From Octopus vulgaris (Eukaryota), in contig OX597816.1 in NCBI GenBank assembly GCA_951406725.2, positions 46,004,001 to 46,068,000 of the forward strand: 64,000 nucleotides of DNA. Reading direction: 5' to 3'. The position numbers and the translations under genes were made by a program. Below, in pieces: positions 37,256 to 50,132 of the stretch (the stretch's first letter is position 1; the number at the start of each line of letters is the position of its first letter). The notes beneath the pieces are model-generated. The model saw nothing but the letters and a program-made list of their open reading frames with translations, was not told where the DNA came from and did no database searches.

Positions 37256-37472
37256 ACCCTTTAGCATTCAGATTATTTTATCAAATGTATTGCTTATTCA
37301 TTCATATTGTTTTGAATTCATCATGCATTATCTCATAGCTTTGAAATTTTGATGATGTGATTGTATATTTTTAGAATGACATTGTAGGATAGGTGTGCGA
37401 GTTCAGATCTGCCTGGTTTGAACATAAAACAGGTAGAATATTTGGGTTGGATATGGCCAGCTTAAATGCTAA
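37256..37472. mobile_element. MITE E
   Basis: CCCTTTAGCATTCAG ... AAATGCTAA. Confidence 0.8.
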
Positions 37473-38144
37473 GCAATTCTTGAAAATAAATGCATGAACA
37501 TCACATCATCCTATTTCCCATCAACAAATCTGCACTCCCATGCAACACCCAACTGTATAGTCCCACATTAATTTTTTTTTTTTTTTTAATTCTTTGACCC
37601 TGTATTACAGCAGTGACCATGCTCTTTTCTGACAGACTGTTCTGGAAATTAAATGTTTCAAAATGCTTACTAGTTTTAAAAAAAAAAAGTAATTTGAAGG
37701 AGGTTTTGGTTGTTACTTCTAGCAGGGCAAGCAACTACAGAGAGGATCCCTCTCTGTTGCCACTACAATTACATTGTATGTTTTAAAATCATTCTTTATG
37801 AGAACAATTATTTCAGTGCAGCTTTCTCCATAGCTACCAATTCCCAACTGTAATTCTTCAGAACTAATTAGGCAGTTGAAATACACATAAACATCATAAA
37901 CACAAATTTCACTATCATAATAATAAAAATAATAATAATAATAAAATTAGCATCTGACTTTTGAATTGCTTACCAAGACACTCAAAAGAGAGACCTCTAA
38001 ATTATAATCTGAACACACATATGAATTCAATACTGTAATATTAGTTCAAAGATAACATGTTTGTGACTACTTCATATGGGGGGGGGTGCAAACAGGAGAA
38101 ATAAAACTTAAAACATGAGTATATATGCGATTTTTATCAATAAC

Positions 38145-38427
38145 TGGCACAAGTCTGGGCAAAGTTGTTTATGGAAGACCAGCATTCACCCAAGCATACC
38201 AGCCTCCCCTCTCCATGCCACCAGTGTTATCCAAGGGAAAGGCAAAGGGGCCGATACAGCTTGGCACCAGTGACGTCAAAACTCATTTCTACATCTGAGT
38301 GAACTGAAGAAACATGAAATAAAGTGTCTTGCTCAAGAACACAACATGCAGCCTCGTCCGGGATTCGATCTCACAACCTCATGATCGTAAGCTCGACGCT
38401 CTAACCACTAAGCCATGCACCTTCACA
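38145..38427 (-). mobile_element. SINE family D with a well-preserved tRNA-like head
   Basis: Minus strand has a TGGCTTAGTGG A-box and a GATCGAATCC B-box, then GTTCTTGAGCAAGACAC. Confidence 0.85.
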
Positions 38428-38855
38428 AGAGATGAAACAAAGTACATAAAATTAAATATTCTACTGCAGCAAAAATATTTAGCCACTAATACAGAGTTGG
38501 CAGTCCTATACTTTATTCAGTAGGCTTATTCTCTCTCTCTCTCTTTCTTACTCACTCTTATTCTCTCTCACACACACACTATTAGTATTGGCAAAACTCC
38601 ATTATCATCCCAGAAACATACAAAAAAGACATTTTTAAAAATGTAAAATTCTATTCATCATTTCAAACACTGAGATATCATCTTTAAAAAAATGCATTAA
38701 ATTATTTCTACAAACCAGCAGATAAACAAACAACACACAACTCTGAAATATTTTCTACATACACATAGTAATATTTTTGTGTTAGTAAAATCCTTATTCA
38801 GTGTCTTGTTAAATGAAGCACAAGAACCATGCAAATGGTTACAGCTTGTATTACT

Positions 38856-39314
38856 TTAACCCTTTAGCATTCAGGTAAATTCTGTCAAATATGATGCTTA
38901 TTTATTCCCCAATTTTTGAATTAATCATGTATTATCTATCTCATAACTTTGAGATATTGAGCTGGCAGAAACGTTAGCGCGCCGGGCGAAATGCTTAGCA
39001 GTATTTCATCTGCCGTTACGTTCTGAGTTCAAATTCCGCTGAAGTCGACTTTGCCTTTCACCCTTTCGGGGTCGATAAATAAAGTACCAGTTTCGCACTG
39101 GGGCCGATGTAATCGGATTAATCCCTTTGTCTGTCCTTGTTTGTCCCCTCTATGTTTAGCCCCTTGTGGGCAATAAAGAAATAGATATTGATGATGTAAT
39201 TTATTTTTTGAATGACATTGTAAGGTAGATTTGAGAAGATAGATCTGGTCAGTTTCAACATAAAGAAGGTAGAATATTTAGGCCAGATATAACCAGTTTA
39301 AATGCTAAAGGGTC
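38856..39314. mobile_element. MITE E interrupted by a young SINE B (about 38961-39182, plus)
   Basis: TSD AGATATTGA at 38952-38960 and 39183-39191. Confidence 0.85.
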
Positions 39315-39343
39315 AAAGTTTCAACAGACTGAAAGGATGATTA

Positions 39344-39566
39344 TTAACCCTTTCGTTACCAACCCGGCTGAAACCAGCTCTGGCTCTCAGGTACAAAAGT
39401 CTTGTTTTCATAAGTTTTAAATTAAAATCTTCCACCAAACCTTAGTCACAATTTATGTTCCTAACACTAGCTTAATGACAACGATGTTATTTTACTAAAT
39501 TCTTTGTTATATTTAAAGTAATTCAAAGAAACAGAGCATCTCAAAATATAGTAACGAAATGGTTAA
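39344..39566. mobile_element. MITE family F
   Basis: TTAA-CCCTTTCGTTAC ... GTAACGAAATGG-TTAA. Confidence 0.85.
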
Positions 39567-39699
39567 ACAGCCTATGTAAGGTAATATATCTTTTTATTTG
39601 ACTTTCATAGTTTGGCTTAGTCTCCACCCACATTGTTCTCAGGTTTTACAGACTTTTCATTATTTGCATACTGCACTGCATTGAGCAAATTACAATACT

Positions 39700-40220
39700 C
39701 TTAGCCCTCTAGCTTTTAAACTAGCCCCACCCAGCCAAAATATTCTATTTGTTTTATTCCGAAGCTAGCCAGATCAAACCTGTCACACATACGCTACAAT
39801 GTCATTCTAAAAAATCAACAATCACACCATCGACATCTTGAAGCTACAAGATAATTCGTGATTAATTCAAAACAATGTGAATAAATAAGTATTATGTTAA
39901 AATGTTAAATCTTTTGAAATTTTACTTTTACAACTCAAAAATCATTTTCAGTATTGACAGCTATACAAATATGTGCTTTAAAAAGAAGTAAAGCTTAATC
40001 TTTTAGTGTTTAAACCGGCCATACCAGGCCAAAATTGTCTTCCTGTTATATGCTCAAACCAGCCAGCTCTGACCTCTCACACCTACCCTACAAAGTCATT
40101 CTAAAAATAAACAGGGACATCATCAAAATCTCAGAGTTACAAGATGCTGTACAATTAATTTAAAACAATGTGATTAAACAGGCTTTACATTTGACAGAGT
40201 AATCTGAATGCTAAAGGGTG
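39700..40220. mobile_element. Two MITE E copies (about 39700-39900 and 39995-40220)
   Basis: Both match the reverse orientation of the E body. Confidence 0.75.
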
Positions 40221-40967
40221 AAAGAAAACCTAAGTATCAATGAGGAAAAGTAATTATGACAAAAATGAAACTAATTGCTTCAATGGGAAAGAGTTTCACT
40301 TCTCATTTGCAATAGCATCATAATCCCTGGTAAAAAAACAAAATTATTTTTATAATCCAAGCCCCTGTCACAAAGTTTGAAAAAAGCTACAAGCTCATGA
40401 AGAAATTTGTAGGAATGGTATTAGTCAATTAAATTGAACCAAATGCATGGGTGTGTGTGTGTGTGTACATATGCACACACATTTGTTTACATGCCTATCT
40501 ATACACTGACACTGCCTGAAAAACGGTGCTGTGTGCTCATGTACTATATAACTTAGCAGATCAACAAAGAGATCAATATAATTAGAAGTAAACCCAATAA
40601 ATATTGGGGTTTAAATGTGTCCTAAAATAGCTAAAATCTAATGTGTGTGTGTGCATGCATGTACATGTGTGTCCTTGTCTTGAGATCACACACTGGTTGT
40701 AAACAAACATCACTCTCATACAAGTGGTGTCTTTCATTTGCAATCTTTCATGAAGTCATATTCAACCAATGACTGTTCAAGAATTAGGGAAATATTACTT
40801 TAACCAGAAACTGGTAAAGAGTTAACAACAGGAAGGGTAATAGGCCACAGGAAAATCTGTCTCAACAAATTTATTCTGACCCATTCAAGCATAGAAAAGA
40901 GCATGTTAAAACAATGATGATGATGATAGTTAAACCACATTCTCACTGTGACAGAAAAATTAGATTA

Positions 40968-41010
40968 GCTTGACTAGTTTCAATGTTTCTTCAAACTTCA
41001 TCAGAGAGTA
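40968..41010 (-). ncRNA. Minimal hammerhead-like motif (Penelope-type relic)
   Basis: Minus strand reads ctct-CTGATGA-a-gttt-gaag-aaac-att-GAAA-CTAG-TC-aag. Stem I is poor. Confidence 0.4.
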
Positions 41011-42913
41011 GTTACTAATTTCCTGACCACTGGGAGAGTAGTGTAGTTTTTAGCTGTTTATTGTTGCTATTACCAGCAGAATATCAAGCTGTTAGGTAAA
41101 ATATATTATTCTATTTGCTTCAGTTAACTTTGAAGAAATATTTCCACACATGAATGGCTAGCATTTTAGACACAAATACCGCCTCCAACCAAAACATACT
41201 ACAATCATTCAAATTATTACAACACCTATATTATACTTCACATTGCACATATTACCAAAATATCTTGTCGATTTGGTTTCATGCCAAATGTGGCCAGGGA
41301 AACCTGTCTGACCCATCCAAGCATGGTAAAAAACAAATATTTGAAATAATGATTACGCTCCTGCAAAAGATAAGCTCACCAATGTTTCGGAAAACCAAAC
41401 AGATAATAACAAGTTTAACTGTCATCAGAGGGTAGAGTGTTATTGATATTTATATCTGATAATCCCTAGATGCAGTTTTGTAACTTTCTTATAAGATTAA
41501 ATTAATAACAAAGGTATAGGTATGGCTATGCGGTTAAGTTTGCTGCTCAACCATGTGGTTTTGGGCAGAAGCATTACCCAGCATCTTTGGCAAATGTCTT
41601 CTACTATCTCTCCAGATCAATGGTTTGTGAGTGACTTTGGCAGATAGAAAGTCTACAAAGCCTTTCATTTATACATACATATGATATAGATAGATATACC
41701 CATATGATATAAATGGATGTATGCACATGCACCTGTGTATCTGTCCAAATGTTTACATCCTGTGCACTTCGCAAAGTGCTGAACAAGTAGGGAAGCTTAA
41801 CAGATCATCCACTAGCTCTGAACTTTTGAAGATGTTCAAAATAAGAGATCTCTTACTTGAAAAACAGGTGAGAGTTAGCAACAGAAAGAGCATTTGACTG
41901 TATGTAAAACAATTGCTACAATAACCAGTATTCATCTAATCCATACTAGCATAAAAAAAAAACACATAAAAAAATGAAGTGTGGAATGAGTTGTAGAATT
42001 GTTTTCAGCAAGCAAGAATAATCAAATTATCTAAGCACTTTCTAAATCATTAATTTTGGTATGGAGTTGGTTTTTTATTTGTTTTCCACCCTCAAGGGTT
42101 ATCCAACAGGTTTAAGGCAATGAGTTCAAATCAAATGATAATACAAAGATTGTGTTGTGACCACATCACCATCAAACAGTTAACATTGCTTCACCGAAGT
42201 TTAATAAAACTAAAATATGCCCAGAATTGACACCATACTCAAAGATCAGATTTACTCTCCACTGATGCCACCATTAAATTTTTTTATTAATTTAAATTTT
42301 AGAGTTCTCTCCCTTGACCATCATGGCAAAAGTTTTCTTTAACAATGACTTTGTTCTTCATTACAAAGAGAATTATCAGTTGATTAAATATTTTTTTTGA
42401 CTCACTACATTCAGCATGTTAGCCCACACTTGACTATATGTTCTCCATGCAGGAGGAACCCATGGGGCAATTTCTAATGTCTTAATAAAGACATCTATTC
42501 CAACATTTGAACTTACAGCATTAAGCCAGAAAAAATGCTGCTAAGCATTTGCTCCAGCATGCTAACGATTCTGCTAGCTTGCTGTCTTAATAATAATAAT
42601 CCTTTCTACTTTAGGCACAAGGCCTGAAACTTCGGGGCATAGGGTATTGACCCCTAAAGGATGAAAAATAAAGTCAACCTCAGTAGAATTCGAACTCAGA
42701 ATGTAAAATGGACAAAATGCCACTAAGCTTACTACCCAGCCTGCCACCTTCAAAATAATAATATTAACAACAACATGGCCACAAGCATGGCTTGGTAGAC
42801 ACAGATTATACCCATGTTAGGAAGTTTGGTTCACAGCCACTTTGGGGAAGAGTTTTTTTCATTCCAGGCCATCCAAGCCCAATGAGTCATTTTGATAGAT
42901 AGAAATGGTATTA

Positions 42914-43281
42914 AGGAGTGGCTGTGTGGTAAGTAGCTTGCTTACCAACTACATGATTCCGGGTTCAGTCCCACTGCGTGGCACTTTGGGCTATAGCCTC
43001 GGGCCGACCAAAGCCTTGTGAGTGGATTTGGTAGACGGAAACTGAAAGAAGCTCATCGTATGTGTGTGTGTGTGTATATATATATATGTGTGTGTCTGTG
43101 TTTGTCCCCCAACATCACTTGACAACCGATGCTGGTGTGTTTACGTCCCCGTAACTTAGCGGTTCGGCAAAAGAGACCAATAGAATAAATACTAGGCTTA
43201 CAAGGAATAAGTCCTGGGGTCGATTCATTCAGCTAAAAGGCAGTGCTCCAGCATGGCCGAAACAAGTAAAAGAGAGTAAGA
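42914..43281 (+). mobile_element. SINE family A (small internal deletions)
   Basis: Match to the consensus. Confidence 0.9.
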
Positions 43282-43357
43282 GTAATGTCCTTCCTTTATG
43301 TGTAGGCGTGCTTGTGACTCTGCAAATGGGCATGTATGCTGATAATTCATCTATCAT

Positions 43358-43504
43358 TGTTGGCGTTAGGAAGGGCATCCAGCCGTAGAAACACTGCCAG
43401 ATCTGACTGGGCCTGACGAAGCCTTCCAGCTTCAGACCCCAGTTGAACCGTCCAACCCATGCTAGCATGGAAAGCGGACGCTAAATGATGATGATGATGA
43501 TGAT
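43358..43504 (+). mobile_element. Retroposon family C 3' part
   Basis: GTTGGCGTTAGGAAGGGCATCC...(GAT)n. Confidence 0.85.
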
Positions 43505-43954
43505 TGTTGGTGCAAAGCAGTGCTGTTGTTGACATGACTGGTTGCTCTGCACTTTCAAAAGCCTATAAAACATTAAAACCCTTAATCTGAAAAACAGGTG
43601 AGAGTTGGTAACAGAAAGAACATCCAGCTATAAAATTCTGCCACAAGCTCAATTCCCATCCAAGCCATGCTAGCATGAGAAAACAGATGTTAAATGAATG
43701 AAAGAACAAACAAATATAGGAATATACTTTCTACAGCTCAATGTAGAGTAATCCAAGAATAGATTTATTATCTCTGTATAGTTTAAAACCTACAAATAAA
43801 AATTACAGCTAGCTTTATAGTAAAAAACAAAATTCTTCTCAGTTTAACATCTTCATTCATAAAAACTCTACTTAGAAAAAGGCACTCAGCTCTTCTTCCA
43901 AGATTGCAGACTACTGAAATGATAAGAAAAGAGAAAAGAGATCCTTATAAATAA

Positions 43955-43957
<3 letters not shown>

Positions 43958-44006
<49 letters not shown>

Positions 44007-44440
44007 CATATAAATATATATATATACATACATACATATAAATATATATATATACATACATACATATAAATATATATATATACATACATACATATAAATA
44101 TATATATATACATACATACACATAAATATATATATATACATACATATAAATATATATATATATATATATACATACATATAAATATATATATATACATACA
44201 TATAAATATATATATATATATACATACATATAAATATATATATATATATACATATAAATATATATATACATACATATAAATATATATATATACATACATA
44301 TAAATATATATATATACATATATAATATATATATATACATACATATAAATACATATATATATATATATATACATATAAATATATATATACATACATATAG
44401 ATATATATATACATACATATAAATATATATATACACATAC

Positions 44441-44485
<45 letters not shown>

Positions 44486-44512
44486 CATATAAATGTACAT
44501 ATGTGGGTGTGT

Positions 44513-44582
<70 letters not shown>

Positions 44583-44586
44583 GTAT
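43958..44586. repeat. Compound (TA)n/(TACA)n/TAAA micro/minisatellite of about 630 bp
   Basis: Directly visible. The higher-order unit is roughly (TA)5-8 CATACATATAAA. Confidence 0.97.
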
Positions 44587-45099
44587 ATCAGCTAGACTAA
44601 TTAATACAAAAGCACAAATTATCCTCTAAAGAAACCGGCAGCAATAAAAGACATTCACAGCTTTCATATGAATGAATTTAGTTTAGTAACCTTATCATTA
44701 GTAATAAATAGCAGTGACAGTTAAGACCGACTTACATCTATCAAAAACAGATTCACTTCTTAATATAATTACAGTGGGAGAAAAACAGAAACAAAAATAA
44801 ATGGGGGAGAGGATGTTGCTAGTTTTCATCCCCAGTCCCACCCATCCATCCATGTTCTTAGTGCAAATTCCATTAAGGTCAACTGTACCTTTCAGGAGGG
44901 TGAACGATTAATAAAATACAAGCAGCAGTAATGCATTGAAAAGCTTACAAACTGGAAGAATCATTTGAGCATTAGACAAAACACCTTGTGGTAGCTTTCA
45001 TGACTATTTACAACGTTCTTTTTCTCAGAAATTGAGAACAGCTTTAAGGGTAGGATGTAGGAAACTTCTCTACATGAAAAAAAATGGATAAAAGTATAA

Positions 45100-45490
45100 C
45101 CAAGTGGTTAAGAAAATCACTATGCAACTATGTGGTTCCAGGTTCAGTTTCACCACGTGGCACTTTGGAGTAGTGTCTTCTAATTCTAGCCCTGAGCCAA
45201 CTGATGCCTTGTGAGGGAATTTGGCAAATGGAAAGCGTGTGCAAGCCTGTCACGTGTGTGTTTGTGTGTGTGAGTGTGTGAATGCCTCACTCCCACTGCC
45301 ACTTTACAACCTGCGTTTGGCTCGTTTATGTGTCCGTAACTTAACAGTTTGACAAAAGAGATGGATAAAATAAGTACCAGACTTTAAAAAAAAATAAGTA
45401 TTGGTTCAATCTGTTTGACTAAACCCTTCAAGGTAGTGCCTCAGCATGGCTGCTGTCCAATGACTGAAACAAGTAAAAGAAGAGATAAAG
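45100..45490 (+). mobile_element. Old SINE family A
   Basis: Degenerate match from head to tail. Confidence 0.7.
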
Positions 45491-46077
45491 ATATGCTAGC
45501 GGACGGGCCACTGTACATTACAACACAAAAAAGAAATAAAGAATGAACCACAGAAGTCAAGTTGATCTCCTCTAGCCCTTCCACAAAAATTTGTAGCATT
45601 GTACAAAATTCCTGAAATCAATAGATGAAAATAAGTATTATAAAGAACTGGACTTAAAAAAGTTTAAAATTCAAGCATGAATTCGACCCAATAAATAATT
45701 ACGTGGCATGGCTATGTGGTTAAGACATTCGCTTCAAAACTGCATGGTACTTTGAGTCATAGCTATCTTCTACTATAGTCCCAAACCAACCAAAGCCTTA
45801 TAATCAGATTTAGTTGATGGAAACTGGAAAAGGCTTAAAAGTGTGTGTGTTGCCTTGTCATTCATTTCTAATCTTCCATAAAAACATGTCCAGTTACAAA
45901 GAAATATTACAATGAGTGTAGGAGAAATCTGCCTCTGTGAATTTTGTCAGAATTGTGGTCCTTGGCAGGGACTATTAACCAAGCTGGAGCAGACCTGAAA
46001 GTAGTAGATGCTAAGAGTTAACTCCACTCTCCAAAACTCATGAACTCCAAAGTTTGGAGCCTAACCAGTGGATGCAG

Positions 46078-46465
46078 TTTAACCCTTATGTAAAAACAGG
46101 CCAGATCCAGCCTCTCACACCTACCCTATAATGTTAGTCTAAAAATAAACAATCACATTATCGAAATCTCAAGGCTACACGAAAATTCATGATAAATTTA
46201 AAACAATGTGAATAAATAACCATTACATTTGGTGGAGAAATTTAAATGTTAAAAGGTGAAACCAGCCACATCTGGCTCAAATATTCTTCCTACTCTATGT
46301 TCAAACAAGCCAAATTTGACCTCTCACAACTACCTTAGAATGTCATCCTAAAAATAAACTATCACATCATCAACATCTCAAAGCTACGAAACAATGCTTA
46401 ATTCAAAGCAACGTGAATAAATAAGCATTGCATTTGACAGAATAATCTGAATGCTAAAGGGTTAA
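46078..46465. mobile_element. Two tandem MITE E copies
   Basis: 46078-46260 and 46260-46465, ending AATGCTAAAGGGTTAA. Confidence 0.8.
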
Positions 46466-46569
46466 TGTGTTAATCAGGACATTACAATGACCACCACAAT
46501 GAAATATCCTTTGCAGAAACTTTGCTATCAGCAAATTAAACCTTTTAAGAAGTATATTAACCTCTTTGT

Positions 46570-46804
46570 TTCTTATTTCTTTACTGCCCACAAGGGGCTA
46601 CACACAGAGGGGACAAACAAGGACAGATAAACGGATTAAGTCGATTATATCGACCCCAGTGCGTAACTGGTACTTATTTAATTGACCCCGAAAGGATGAA
46701 AGGCAAAGCTGACCTCGGCGGAATTTGAACTCAGAATGTAGCGGCAGACAAAATACTGCTAAGCATTTCGCCCGGCGTGCTAACATTTCTGCCAGCTCAC
46801 CACC
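46570..46804 (-). mobile_element. SINE family B
   Basis: Near-consensus copy. Confidence 0.9.
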
Positions 46805-46844
46805 TTTTTTTTCCACACTGGTTTAATCTGGGCTGTGCTCAGAC

Positions 46845-47070
46845 TAAACCATTGCAGGACTGCTGAAATCAATGATGTAGATTGGTGTTCCTCTTGAACA
46901 GATGAAGAGGAAACACGGATGGAATTCTAGAGGGACAATATTCTGATGAAGAAGGATTGGCTATAGTTAATGCAGGGTCTTGAGGTGAGACACAAGTGAT
47001 GCAAATAAGCTGGTAGTGGTACAAAACCAACAAGCTGTAAGAAGTAGAGGCCACAATTGCACAGTAGAGC
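46845..47070 (-). mobile_element. Decayed CR1/L2-like LINE C-terminus
   Basis: Remnants ..VFP.LHLFKRN.N. Resembles 55140-55475. Confidence 0.4.
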
Positions 47071-47734
47071 AAGACAATTTTATTTGTTTTAGTCTTTTAG
47101 AAAGGAAAAAAACAAAAAAAAATTTCAGTCCTACTTCATTTCATAGTAGAGAGCTTATCAAGGTTAATGTATTTAACAAAGATTTAAACTATATATCTGT
47201 CATCAGTAAGAAAAAGTCACAATAAGACACTTTAATAGTGAGTAATATTTATTAGTGACTTAAATATGTGTGTGTCTACAATTTACCCAATGCTCACAAT
47301 AGTTACTGTCATAGCTGTAAACTCGTTTATCAATGAATTAAAAGGCAAAAAATTACATAAAATATATAATATTTTGTTGTAGAAAACATGACAGTTTGGT
47401 CAATTGCTTCTAAATTTTAAATAGCTAGCAATTAACTGGTCTATTTAATAAACTGAATATAAAGTCGCAAATGACTAAGGGATATATTTACTCAAACTCT
47501 TAAGATTCAAAATAAAATATACAAATCAGATAACTGCAAAAATATTTTTTAAGTGGAGGTAGGTAGTGGAGGATAATAACAATTAGTGTTAGCATATTTA
47601 TATGAAGTAAAAATGGTCAAACATTTTCCTAACATCCATGCTTTTAAATTTGGTGTTTAAATGCAAATTAACAATAAAAGTTGAGACTTATCTAATCACT
47701 AGAATGAATAAAACAAAATAGCAACCTGGGTTAT

Positions 47735-48091
47735 TGCTTATGAACCACATGGTTCCAGGTTCAGTCCCACTGTGTGGCACCTTGGGCAAGTGTCTTCTAC
47801 TATAGCCTCAGGCCGACCAAAGACTTGTGAGTAGATTTGGCAGACGGAAACTGAAAGAAGCCCGTCATATATATGTATATATGTGCATGTGTGTGTGTAT
47901 ATGTTTGTCCCCCCAACATCGCTTGACAACCAATGGTGGTGTGTTTACGACCCCGTAACTTAGCGGTTCGGCAAAAGAGACCAATAGAATAAGCACTAGG
48001 CTTACAGAGAATAAGTCTTGGGGTCGATTTCTTTGACTAAAGGCAGTGCTCCAGCATGGCCACAGTCAAATGACTGAAACAAGTAAAAGAG
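47735..48091 (+). mobile_element. SINE family A (5'-truncated)
   Basis: Match to the consensus. Confidence 0.9.
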
Positions 48092-49587
48092 GTGCAGAAG
48101 ACATTGATAAAAAAAAATTTAACAGTTATTAACCTAGCCAGCTGAAAATATATTTCTACATTGATAAAATAATATTTCTTATGGAACATTGAGAGGCAAG
48201 GGGTATACCCTTCTACATCACCCAACACTGAATTCCCTGTATATTTATCCGCTACACGGTCACCCAGCCAAGTCAAATGCGTTTCAAATCCTGACATTCC
48301 TGATGTGAAAAGGAAGTTGAAATAGGAGCCAAGTATTTCTGTTTGATACATCCAGACCAACAGATAATGAGTAACTCATTAGAAAATGAAATACACACAG
48401 AAAGCAAAGGATAAAAAAAAAGTTGTTTTTTTTATGAATGACAAGTCAAAGCATAAAGATTATGATTGCTTATTGTTTGTTATGTTGCTTTGTTTTTCCA
48501 ATCCAGCGTAACAAAATGAAAACTAATCAACTTAAACAGCAATGGTTTTCTTAACTCCTTAATAGGGAAGCTATAAGGAGTGCTTACCGATAATTACTGA
48601 CTACATTAGCAATAAGAGATGTGGTTTCTAAACACTAAGCACAGAAAATGAAACTGTGAAAACAAAGGATTAGCTTAAGCACTACACTGTAACACCGGTG
48701 TTGTTACAGCATTGGCTAACCATTCACAAAGTTGCTCTACAGGTTAATTACCCTGGCTGAGTCCATAAAAGCCACAATCATCTTATTGATACTCGAAAAT
48801 CTATTTGAAGCTGATTGACACTCAAGCTAATTTGAGACCAATGTTATGGTATGCTTTTTTTTTCTTTCTTTGTGTTTATATTCCTCAGTTTATTGGTCTT
48901 CACATGGCAGTAATATGTGAATATTCTTTAACCTCACATTAGTATTCCCACCACCACTCCACTCATTTATAAGTAGTGATTAGAATAATATAGTGATGTA
49001 TTTTTTAGTTACCCTGCCTTTGTTTTAATTAATTTGGAAAATAATGAAGAATTCAGAAAAGTAACTTATGTTAAGCTGAAGTTCTGAACAAATTAATAAG
49101 AAATTTTGATAAAAGGTTTTAAATTGAGATCATCCTAAAACAAGAAGTTCATCTCATAGAACTAAGGTGGGTGGATATCATCTTCATTTAACGTCTGTTG
49201 TCCATGCTATCATGGGTTGAACGATTTGACCAGAGCTGACTAGGAAGCTACACCAGACTCCAGTCTGATTTGGCAAGGTTTCTATGCCAACCACTTTACA
49301 GCATGTTGAGGGTGCTTTTACATGGCACCACGAAAGGGAACAGTCTTAACATTTCTGCAACAGAGTACAGGTCTTCTTTGAGTACCACAGGGCACCAGTT
49401 ATCTTATCTTTTGTCAGTACAGCAAGGTACCAGACATCCTGATCCTTTATCAATACAGCAAGACGCCAGGCATCTTGAAAAGGATTAATACCAAAATTTA
49501 CCTTAAGCTATCATCACTATGGACCTAGATTTAAAGCTGACTCCTCAGACAGATTTAGAAATATTGCAGAATCATAATGCCATATCA

Positions 49588-50132
49588 TTTAACCCTTTGG
49601 AATTTACATTACTATCAAATATAATGTTTATCTATTCACATTCTTTAAAGTTAATCCTGTATTATCATGTAGCTTTGAGATTTCAAAGTTCATTATCATC
49701 ATCATCGTTTAACATCCGTTTTCCATGCTAGCATGGGTTGGACGGTTCGACCAGGGTCTGGGAAGCCAGAAGGCTGCTCCAGTCTGATCTGGCAATGTTT
49801 CTACAGCCGGATGCCCTTCCTAATGCCAACCACTCTGTGAGTGTAGTGAGTGCTTTTTATGTGCCTCCAGCACAGGGGCTAGAGGAGGCTGGCAATGGCC
49901 ACGATTGGCTGGTGCTCTTTAAGTGCCACCGGCATGGAAGCCAGTCAAGGCAGCGCTGGCATCAGCCACGTTCGGATGGTGCTTTTTACGTGCCACCGAC
50001 ACAGTAAGGTTATGATTGCTTATTTTTAGAATAACATTGCAGGACAGATGTGAGAGACTGGATGTTGTCAGTTAGAAGATAAAACAGGTAGAATATTTGG
50101 GCTGGACATGGCCAGTTTAAATGCTAAAGGTA
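49588..50132. mobile_element. MITE E interrupted by family C (about 49692-50004, minus)
   Basis: Starts TTAACCCTTT and ends AATGCTAAAGG. Confidence 0.8.

Noticed and set aside
38345-38427. tRNA-like sequence with A and B boxes
   Set aside because: It is the head of SINE D and continues into the SINE body. I see no convincing acceptor stem or terminator.
43886-44500. Longest ORFs (160-204 aa, Y/I/M/C-rich)
   Set aside because: They are translations of a TA/TACA microsatellite.
44730-44952. Minus-strand GAT|GTAAGT donor with a possible upstream acceptor
   Set aside because: The putative exon overlaps a decayed SINE and has no coding signal. Isolated donor matches are expected in 64 kb.
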